From a virus (Duplodnaviria > Caudoviricetes), in the IMG/VR virus record IMGVR_UViG_3300005805_000282, positions 1 through 32,332 of that record: a stretch of DNA of 32,332 bases; one strand, given 5' to 3'. Every line of letters starts with the position of its first letter. Within the stretch, counting starts at the first letter, position 1. Positions 24,562-32,332 of this stretch are shown here, piece after piece. Made by a program: the position numbers and the translations under genes. The notes under the pieces are model-generated. The model was given only the letters and a program-made list of their open reading frames with translations. It did not search any database and was not told where the DNA came from.

Positions 24562-25839
24562 ATGGCTATAACTATAGAAGACCAGCCGTATAATTGGGCA
24601 CTGCGTGGTCAAAAGCTAATGGTAGTTGCATCAAGTGATGAGACTGCACAAACAGGTTTCAAGTATGGTGTAGAGGTTACCATCGATGCGAAGGTGTACA
24701 ACTTCTATGTATCTGCTGCACCTGATGGTAGGTTATACTTTGACATCGCGCCTTTGCTTGATGACATGCGTAACTATGAGCCGCTCAATTATCACTTTAG
24801 CACAGATACAACGCAAGATGATGAAAGCAAAAAGACCGTATCAGTAGCACTAACTGAGTGGTGGATAGTAGGTGGCATCTTAACCGAAGCGGAAGGCAGT
24901 GAAGTATCAACAGAGGAGATGCTTGCAATCAATGGCTACTTTCAAGTTATAAATGGCTACAAGCCCGATGTAGAAACAGGTGTGCAAAAGGTGAAGCAAT
25001 CTCTCACATCTACTTCATCATACGCAATGAGTGATAGGTTCGAGTACATGAATGATAACTATCTAGCATCTACATGGAGTGCTGCATCTGCTAAGCTATG
25101 GATACCTGTATTCGAAAGTGACTACGGCCTACTATGCATACCGGGCAACAGTGCTTACTTAAGTAATAACGCAGTCGATAGTTTTAAAATTCAAATCTTC
25201 TCAAGCACAGGCGCTCCTACATCACAGACTATTTCACTTAGCGGTTATGATATCGAAGCACTGCCTGTATATCCGGCTAACTTAAATGCGTGGACAGGCT
25301 TAACGGTGAAGCCTTCGCTGTTTGCTAATTGGAGATTCTATACTGTTACCATTTACAATGGTGCAACAGCTAAGAGTGAGACTTATACTTTTTACAACGC
25401 AGCAGTATATGGTCAAAAGGATTGCCGCTATGATAACGTGCGATTAGGTTGGGTTAACTCGCGTGGCGGATGGGACTACTTTAACTTCATAAAGAAGTCC
25501 GAAACGACCGATGAAATCGAGCGCAAAAAATATCGCAAGGTATTGTTTGATGGTACGGTAGGAATATTCAGCGCAAATGATCGTGGCCTGCAAGAGCGCA
25601 GAAACTTAGTTCAGCAAGTGGTAACCATCACTAGCGATTACATCAGTGAAGGCGAATTCTTATTTCTTCGCTCATTGCTTGTGAGTAATCAAGTCACATG
25701 GTTAACAACAGAAGGTGGTAATGCTGTAACTATACCTGTTAACTTAGATGATACTAGCTATACCGAAAAGAAAACACGTGATGGTAAGTTGTACAACCTA
25801 ACGCTTAAGATGCGCATCGCTAATCAATACTGGACATGA
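24562..25839 (+). CDS. Tail structural protein (distal-tail-like)
   Basis: Beta-rich; 'WVNSRGGWDYFNF' and 'LLVSNQV'. Confidence 0.6.
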   Translation: MAITIEDQPYNWALRGQKLMVVASSDETAQTGFKYGVEVTIDAKVYNFYVSAAPDGRLYFDIAPLLDDMRNYEPLNYHFSTDTTQDDESKKTVSVALTEWWIVGGILTEAEGSEVSTEEMLAINGYFQVINGYKPDVETGVQKVKQSLTSTSSYAMSDRFEYMNDNYLASTWSAASAKLWIPVFESDYGLLCIPGNSAYLSNNAVDSFKIQIFSSTGAPTSQTISLSGYDIEALPVYPANLNAWTGLTVKPSLFANWRFYTVTIYNGATAKSETYTFYNAAVYGQKDCRYDNVRLGWVNSRGGWDYFNFIKKSETTDEIERKKYRKVLFDGTVGIFSANDRGLQERRNLVQQVVTITSDYISEGEFLFLRSLLVSNQVTWLTTEGGNAVTIPVNLDDTSYTEKKTRDGKLYNLTLKMRIANQYWT

Positions 25840-25840
25840 T

Positions 25841-28800
25841 ATGAACGGAGAAGTACATTTAATAGTAACAAGTGGTGGCATTGATACTGCAACATATAGT
25901 GGTGCTTTATCTACCTTTAATATTGCAGGATTAACGACCTTTACTTTAAGCGGCAATACATCTACTCCTTTCCCTTGCAATGATCCATCTATAGTTACAT
26001 TAGTGGGTGGTGTATTAAGTGTTCCTAATGCGGATGTAAACGGCACAGCAAACATTATCGGATGGGATGCGAACACATGTGAGATTACGATTGATAATGC
26101 TATACAATATAGCGGTGTTGTACCTGTAGATGATGGATGCACGATAACCTATACAATAACTTCAGTAGAGCAGAAGTACATTGACCTGTTCGAGAATGAA
26201 AGCATAAGCCAAAATTGGAAATTTCAAGACTTATATAACTTCACATCGCAAGGCGCATTCAGTCGCGAGTTTAGAGTGCCTTATAGCGAAAACAATCAAC
26301 TAGCTTTAGGTGCTTTATTCGATGTAAACAATGAAGCAGGTGCAGATGATTACTTTCACTATAAGTTGCCTGCGGAAATACGTGTTGATACGCTGCCAAT
26401 CGCTACCGGGTATTTGCGTGTGCGCAAGATATACAAGCAGCTTAACCGAATCAATGAAGTAGAGTTAGCCTTCTATGCTGAAACACCAGACCTTGTGCGT
26501 AACATCGGTGAAAAGAAGCTTGCGGATATTACTGATTTGTCCACGCTCAATGAGACTATCGATTACGATACAGTCACAACACCCACAAATGAGCGCATAT
26601 TCACCATCTTAGAACGTGGCTTACTATGGAGCGAAGCAGGTGAAGTTGGCACAAGAAGATTGTTTGACTTTGATAACCCGGTATATCCTGCTGAACTCAC
26701 TCCTGCTTTACGCTATGATTATATCCTTGAGCAGATATTTGCAGATGCTGGCTTTGAACTTGTCGCTGGATCACTATTGACAATCTTGTCTAACTACTAT
26801 ATGCCTTGGCTAAACAGCAAAGCAATAGTAGGAAGCGATTCATTCAATGACAATTTCTTTCGCGTTTATAACAGTGCTAGTGTGCCTTTAGGTATTACAC
26901 CAACAGCAATACCATTAAACACAGAGGTGTTTGATAATGGCAACGACTTTAACCCTGCAACCTATACTTATACAACACCAACAACAGGTTACTACACTTT
27001 TCGTGTATTAGCCTACTTAACAGGTTCAGCAAATGTGTTTGTCAAATTGCGAATAGATGGTGTTGACATACTCATTGATAATTACTTCATCAATACAAGC
27101 GGCACTATCGATGTGCAGTATCGTATCGGTATAGATGCAGGTAGTGCTGTTCAATTATTATTGTCAACACAGACAGCAACATCTGTGATATCCTTAGATG
27201 CTGGAGATGGTACTTTCAACAGCACCATCTTTGAACTTGTTAAGACTGAATTCCGATATGGTCAAACCATATTCTACAACTTGAATGCACCGGATGCAAA
27301 GCAGATAGACTTTCTCACCGATGTTATCAAGATGCACAACTGCGCCATCGTGCCGGATAGGATGAATGCGAATAAAATCTACATCGTACCACAAAACAAC
27401 TATCTCGGAAGTGGCAATGAATTAGACTGGACAAGCAAGCTCGATACTTCAAAAGACATTGTTATAAGTAGCGCAGCGGATTTGCAAAAGGCAAAGTTTC
27501 AATTCACATACACAGCAGGTGAAGATGTGATTAGTCAAGTCTATAAAAACGTCAATCGGGTTTATGGTGATTATGAAGTAAGTGGTTATACGGTTAATCC
27601 TGCAATCACTCCTAGCGACTTTGCAATAGGTGACCAAAAGATACAGCTTGTTACGCAATCAACTCCATGTGGTGTGGTGAATGGCAGCAACACAGTGCTT
27701 CCGATGTTTATTAATGCACAACTTGAATTCGTTGCACCAGGCATGCGCTGTTTATTTCACGCAGGTGATGCAAACATTCAGTTATATAATGACAATACAG
27801 GCTTTCCTTCAGTTAGCACCACACCTGTATTGAGCCATTACAGCCAAGTGATTGCGGATATAGATGATGAAGATTTGAACTGGGCACCTGAAGTACCCAC
27901 CTATAACATCATTGCTAACCCATACGCTAACCTATTTAATAAATATTGGCGCACCTATATGAATGCGTTGTATTCGCCAAGTGCTAGGTTAATGGAAGCA
28001 TCATTCGCGTTAGACTTGAAAGATATACTCACGTTTCAATTCAGTGATAAGATATGGATACAGAATGCATGGTGGCGCATACTTGAAATTAATGACTATA
28101 AGGTGGGCATGAATGAGAGTACGCAGGTTAAGCTGCTCAAGTTTTTGGAAGATACTGAAGATTGCAGTGCTACACCTGTATCCATTAGCACGAATGGTGA
28201 GGTTAACTTTGAAGATGGTGCAGGTGATGCTGTGCTACCTACTCAAGATTGCTGCACACGCTATGGTTATAATTGGGACGAAGAAAACGCAGTATGCTGG
28301 GCATTCACATCAACAGGCACACGACCAACAAATGGTGTATCAGGCAATGCTACGTCACCTGCAAGCAGGCCAACAACAGCGGCTGTGCAGAATCGAAGCG
28401 TGTTTGCAAGTGTGATTAATGGTGAGAACATTACTATTGAATCAGGTAACTATAACATGCTTGCGGTTGGCTCAAAGTTGGAACTAACAAAAGCTGTTCA
28501 AGGTAGCAATCTGCTCGGTAAAAACACCTACACCAATCTACCCGGTATTCACTTGGGTGGTGGGTATCGCTCAGGCAACACAGCCAACACTGAAAAGGGT
28601 TGGGCACAGAGCGGCACTGTGATATTGCACTACAAAGATGCATGGATAGATAGTCAAATCTATAACCTAGATATCGAAGGCATAGCAGCTGAATATCTTG
28701 AACTGCCTAATGATACTGTGTGGAGTTGCTTGATGAATGCTACCATCTTGGATACCGGAACAGGCGATTATTGCATAGGGCAATACTCATTCGGATTGCA

Positions 28801-29005
28801 AAAGATAGGCGGTAATGCCAATGCAACACCTGTTACTGTATTGAATGAAACTAATGGAACAGCATATACATACCTATTCAATATCGATGTAGCTGCTAAT
28901 GCTGCACAGCATCGCATCAACTTGCAAGTGAATGGACTTGGCATATTAACCGAAACATTTATAGTAACTGCATCAATACATTACCAACAAAACACATCTG
29001 TATAA
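25841..29005 (+). CDS. Tail tip/hub protein
   Basis: 1054 aa; 'DLFENESIS..FSREFRVP', 'DWTSKLD' and 'CCTRYGYNW'. Confidence 0.65.
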   Translation: MNGEVHLIVTSGGIDTATYSGALSTFNIAGLTTFTLSGNTSTPFPCNDPSIVTLVGGVLSVPNADVNGTANIIGWDANTCEITIDNAIQYSGVVPVDDGCTITYTITSVEQKYIDLFENESISQNWKFQDLYNFTSQGAFSREFRVPYSENNQLALGALFDVNNEAGADDYFHYKLPAEIRVDTLPIATGYLRVRKIYKQLNRINEVELAFYAETPDLVRNIGEKKLADITDLSTLNETIDYDTVTTPTNERIFTILERGLLWSEAGEVGTRRLFDFDNPVYPAELTPALRYDYILEQIFADAGFELVAGSLLTILSNYYMPWLNSKAIVGSDSFNDNFFRVYNSASVPLGITPTAIPLNTEVFDNGNDFNPATYTYTTPTTGYYTFRVLAYLTGSANVFVKLRIDGVDILIDNYFINTSGTIDVQYRIGIDAGSAVQLLLSTQTATSVISLDAGDGTFNSTIFELVKTEFRYGQTIFYNLNAPDAKQIDFLTDVIKMHNCAIVPDRMNANKIYIVPQNNYLGSGNELDWTSKLDTSKDIVISSAADLQKAKFQFTYTAGEDVISQVYKNVNRVYGDYEVSGYTVNPAITPSDFAIGDQKIQLVTQSTPCGVVNGSNTVLPMFINAQLEFVAPGMRCLFHAGDANIQLYNDNTGFPSVSTTPVLSHYSQVIADIDDEDLNWAPEVPTYNIIANPYANLFNKYWRTYMNALYSPSARLMEASFALDLKDILTFQFSDKIWIQNAWWRILEINDYKVGMNESTQVKLLKFLEDTEDCSATPVSISTNGEVNFEDGAGDAVLPTQDCCTRYGYNWDEENAVCWAFTSTGTRPTNGVSGNATSPASRPTTAAVQNRSVFASVINGENITIESGNYNMLAVGSKLELTKAVQGSNLLGKNTYTNLPGIHLGGGYRSGNTANTEKGWAQSGTVILHYKDAWIDSQIYNLDIEGIAAEYLELPNDTVWSCLMNATILDTGTGDYCIGQYSFGLQKIGGNANATPVTVLNETNGTAYTYLFNIDVAANAAQHRINLQVNGLGILTETFIVTASIHYQQNTSV

Positions 29006-29178
29006 TGGACTCAATTAAAAACTCAATGCGCTATATCCAGTTGGGCATAGCACCAAAGCAACAGCACAACTATTCACTACGCAAGTGGCAGCGTGTGATG
29101 TGGTATATTACCCTCTATGCTTGGCGAGCATTGCTTGTATTTGGACTTTGTTACTTAATCTATAACCTCATCTACTAA
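29005..29178 (+). CDS. Small membrane protein, 57 aa (MDSIKNSMRY...)
   Basis: TAATG overlaps at both ends; C-terminal TM helix. Confidence 0.75.
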   Translation: MDSIKNSMRYIQLGIAPKQQHNYSLRKWQRVMWYITLYAWRALLVFGLCYLIYNLIY

Positions 29179-31355
29179 TGGCACAACCGATTGTTCAAAC
29201 ATTTATCATTGATACTACCGAAAGTGAGCAAAATCTTAAAGACTTAAATGTTCAAATAAATGCGACAAGCACTGCCATTGATAGTAGTGCGCAGTCATTT
29301 CAAAATGTAGCCGCTGCTGAAGAATCAGTTGGTACATCGACTAAATCACTGAAGGCACAGCTGCGTGATTTACAAGCGCAGTTGGCAAATACAGAACCTG
29401 ATAGTGCAAAGTATCGTGAACTTGCGGCTGCGGCTGGAGATTTAAAAGACAAGATAGGTGATGCTGCAGAAGCAGTAGGCACACAGGCAGGTGGTGCGTT
29501 TGAGCGTGTTGGTGGATCACTAGGATTAGTCACATCGCGTATTTCAAATCTAGATTTTGAAGGTGCGGCTGAAGGGGCAAAACTCCTTGCACAAAACATT
29601 ACCGAAATCAAGCCGGGTGATATTGCCAAGGGCATCAAAGGTATAGGCAGTGCATTTGCTTCAGTTGGTAAAGCCTTACTCACTAATCCAATATTCTTAA
29701 TAGGTGCAGCCATAGCAGCGGCTATCGTGTATAGCAAAGAGTTGTTGAGTTTAGTCGATGGTGTAAGTAGTGCTGAAGAAGAGGCTTTAAATAAGCAAAA
29801 AGAACGTGCTTCACTTGCCAAAGAGCAGGTAGATATCATAGGACAGCAAGAAGAATCGTTAAAACGTCAAGGCAAAAGTGAAGAGGAAATACTTAAACTT
29901 AAAGTAGATGCGCTGAATGCTGCCATCCTTGAACAGCAGATAGTAGTTGAGACAAGCAAAACTCAGGCACAAGCGCAGATAGCAGCAGCCGAACGTAACT
30001 ATAAATACCTTAAAGGTTTTTTGGATTTTGTTACGCTACCACAGCGCAAGATTGCTGAGTTCTTTTTTAATTTCTACAATGGAGCAGTTGATTTACTTAA
30101 CAAGTTAGGATTAGGATTAGAAAAAGTAGATGTTACTCAAATAACTGCAGGCTTTGATGCTGTCAATGATACCATTGCTAAAGCACTATTTGACCCTGAG
30201 CAAACAAAAAAAGAAGGTGAAAAGGTTATTAAAGAAAGTGAAGCAACACTTCGTCAATTAACCAACCAGCGTGATGGTTTGCTGAATCAACAAGATGCAA
30301 AAGACAAAGCTAGGAGAGATAAAAATAAGCAAGATGATAAGGAAGCAAACGACAAAAAACTTGCTGATGAAAAAAAGTTAAATGAAGAAATTGCAGCACT
30401 TAAAGAACAACAATATCAAGAATCATTAAGTGCGGAGGAAAAAGAATTAAGAGCAACATCACTCAAATATCAAAAGTTGCGCGCTGAAGCAGGAGATAAT
30501 GCTGAACAACTAAAGCAATTACAAATACTTGAAGCGCAAGAATTACAAGATATTAGTAATAAATATTTTGATGATCGTTTAGCCGCTGAAGCTAAGAATG
30601 AAGAAGAAAGATTGCGTTTAAAAAATGAGCAGGAAGCATTACGTTACGATTTAACTACATCCGCACAGCAAAAAGAAATCGATGCAATAACGGCTGCTGG
30701 TCAAGCAAAGTTATTAGTTGCTCAAGGCGATGCTGAATTAATTAAAATTATTAATGCTCAAACAGAAGCAGAGATACAAGCTGTTAAAGACAAGTATGCA
30801 GACGAAGACAAAGCAAAACAAGAAAAAAAAGCTGCGGATGAAAAAGCATTGTTGCAAGGTAAATTAGATTTTGCAAAAGGCATACTAGGTAATATTGCAT
30901 CAATTACTGAATCATATTCTAAAGGAGATGAAGCAAGAGCAAAGAAAGCATTTAAAGTACAGAAAGCTATTAGTATTGCTCAAGCTACTATTGATACTTA
31001 CGAAGGTGCTCAAGCAGCTTTTGTTAGTACTCAAAAAAATCCTGTATCGGTATTATTTCCTGCCGCACCGTATATCGCTGCCGGTGCTGCGGTTGCTGCT
31101 GGTATTGCGAACGTAGCAGCAATTACAAAGCAGCAGTTTCAAGGTAGCACCACACCATCAACAAATGAAACACCACCACCTGCACTCGATGGTGGCGGTG
31201 GTGGATCACAACCTGCACAATTCAATCCACTTGCTGCGCAGTTCTTACAGAACAGACCAGAGCAAGTAACGCCACGCGCATTTGTTCTTGCAGGTGATGT
31301 GGCAAGTCAACAAGAAGTGCGACAAAAAGTAGAAGACCTATCACGTATCGGATAA
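29178..31355 (+). CDS. Tape measure protein
   Basis: Ala/Glu/Lys-rich coiled coil with 'LLTNPIFLI' and hydrophobic segments. Confidence 0.8.
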   Translation: MAQPIVQTFIIDTTESEQNLKDLNVQINATSTAIDSSAQSFQNVAAAEESVGTSTKSLKAQLRDLQAQLANTEPDSAKYRELAAAAGDLKDKIGDAAEAVGTQAGGAFERVGGSLGLVTSRISNLDFEGAAEGAKLLAQNITEIKPGDIAKGIKGIGSAFASVGKALLTNPIFLIGAAIAAAIVYSKELLSLVDGVSSAEEEALNKQKERASLAKEQVDIIGQQEESLKRQGKSEEEILKLKVDALNAAILEQQIVVETSKTQAQAQIAAAERNYKYLKGFLDFVTLPQRKIAEFFFNFYNGAVDLLNKLGLGLEKVDVTQITAGFDAVNDTIAKALFDPEQTKKEGEKVIKESEATLRQLTNQRDGLLNQQDAKDKARRDKNKQDDKEANDKKLADEKKLNEEIAALKEQQYQESLSAEEKELRATSLKYQKLRAEAGDNAEQLKQLQILEAQELQDISNKYFDDRLAAEAKNEEERLRLKNEQEALRYDLTTSAQQKEIDAITAAGQAKLLVAQGDAELIKIINAQTEAEIQAVKDKYADEDKAKQEKKAADEKALLQGKLDFAKGILGNIASITESYSKGDEARAKKAFKVQKAISIAQATIDTYEGAQAAFVSTQKNPVSVLFPAAPYIAAGAAVAAGIANVAAITKQQFQGSTTPSTNETPPPALDGGGGGSQPAQFNPLAAQFLQNRPEQVTPRAFVLAGDVASQQEVRQKVEDLSRIG

Positions 31356-31374
31356 TTAAATATAAATTTGTAAA

Positions 31375-31965
31375 ATGGAAAAGCGTAAAATTGTCAAATG
31401 TGTAATAGATGAAGAAGGCCGTTTGGGTATAACCGCAATGGGCCTTGTTGATTCACCTGCTATCGAAGAGAATTGGATAGCGTTAAGCAAAATGCAGTTA
31501 GCTAAAGCGGACGATGAGCGCAGGATGCTGTATGGCCCTGCACTGATTCCGGATAAAGAGATACTGCGTTATGATGAGAAGGGTGATCCGTACTATGTGT
31601 ACTTTGAAAAGGCAACAGTTAGTGCTATCGCTCATCAGTTCTTTAAAAAAAATCTGCAACACACAACTAACTTGCAGCATGAGATGCCTGTAACAGGTGT
31701 GACTGTTGTTGAGTCATGGATTAAAGAAGGTAAGATGGATAAATCACTTCAGCTAGGATTGCCTGAGCTTCCTGATGGTACATGGTTTATCGGAACTAAA
31801 GTAGATGAAGACCATGTATGGGAAGATGTGAAGGCAGGTAATATTAAAGGCTACAGCATCGAAGGCTTCTTTAATGAAGTGGGTGTATCGATGAGTGGTG
31901 TGAAGAATTATGAAGCAGAGTTACTGCTTGAACTGGACAACATTGTATCAAGAATTCGTGGTTAA
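31375..31965 (+). CDS. Prohead protease (XkdF-like)
   Basis: 'RRMLYGPALIPD', 'NLQH', 'VVESWI', 'GTW' and 'KGYSIEG'. Confidence 0.85.
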   Translation: MEKRKIVKCVIDEEGRLGITAMGLVDSPAIEENWIALSKMQLAKADDERRMLYGPALIPDKEILRYDEKGDPYYVYFEKATVSAIAHQFFKKNLQHTTNLQHEMPVTGVTVVESWIKEGKMDKSLQLGLPELPDGTWFIGTKVDEDHVWEDVKAGNIKGYSIEGFFNEVGVSMSGVKNYEAELLLELDNIVSRIRG

Positions 31966-31988
31966 TACTTAGTGTTTTGGTTTAGTGT

Positions 31989-32024
31989 AAAAAAGAAAGG
32001 CCCAAACGTGGGCCTTCTTTTTTT
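31989..32024. terminator. Bidirectional intrinsic terminator
   Basis: A-run, GGCCC-AAACGT-GGGCC, T-run, between convergent genes. Confidence 0.88.
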
Positions 32025-32041
32025 AACCTCAAATCAAATAA

Positions 32042-32176
32042 TCATAGAACACAAGCGCGAATATACTCAGCGATATTCATCTTGTTTGCTTTCGCGTTTT
32101 TTGTAAGCATCTTATACTGCTTATCAGTTAAACGTGCGCTAATCTTTTTGGTGTAGGGTTGTTCTGCAACTTTCAT
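32042..32176 (-). CDS. Ribbon-helix-helix DNA-binding protein, 44 aa
   Basis: MKVAEQPYTKKISARLTDKQYKMLTKNAKANKMNIAEYIRACVL. Confidence 0.75.
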   Translation of the reverse strand: MKVAEQPYTKKISARLTDKQYKMLTKNAKANKMNIAEYIRACVL

Positions 32177-32221
32177 AATAGTGAGTATTTAATTATACTG
32201 CTAAGATAGTACAAAAGCATC

Positions 32222-32332
32222 ATGTAACAAAACGTGCTTTCTTCTATAATACCCAAACCAACAAAAAATGTCGAACGTAAAAGAACAAATCAAATCCGTA
32301 TTCGCGAAGTACGGTATTGATCCATCGACAGT
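32222..32332. repeat. Terminal direct repeat, right copy; restarts the scaffold gene (ATG 32268)
   Basis: Direct alignment with the window start. Confidence 0.97.

Noticed and set aside
1-32332. Stop-codon reassignment
   Set aside because: Genes are intact in the standard code and TAA, TGA and TAG all terminate genes at sensible places.

Overview
This window is an essentially complete, circularly permuted ~32.2 kb tailed-phage genome. Bases 3-113 recur at 32222-32332, giving a unit length of 32,219 bp. It is probably a siphovirus of a Bacteroidota host, judging from TAnnTTTG promoters and A/C-rich leaders without Shine-Dalgarno sequences. The + strand 1-8.6 kb carries scaffold, capsid, tail tube, portal, adaptor, a lysis cassette and a metallophosphoesterase. 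The - strand 8.7-18.7 kb is an early block with an exonuclease/recombinase pair, large terminase, SSB, a replication initiator with internal iterons, and ParB-like, VRR-NUC and HTH genes. The + strand 18.8-32 kb carries a phage sigma factor, TerS, a tail chaperone with a -1 frameshift, tail proteins, tape measure and an XkdF-like protease. I recognised no integrase, DNA polymerase, tRNA or CRISPR array. The most interesting signals are: (i) G/U-rich tracts ending in terminators, one with its own promoter, complementary to a CAAUAAC motif shared by early-gene leaders (a candidate phage sRNA silencing system); (ii) a switchable structured leader with a 13-codon uORF ahead of the replication genes; (iii) two slippery homopolymers, in the tail chaperone and the portal; (iv) an unannotated ribbon-helix-helix gene divergent from a TGTAAC-type late promoter. 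All functional calls come from motif recognition by eye, not database searches.
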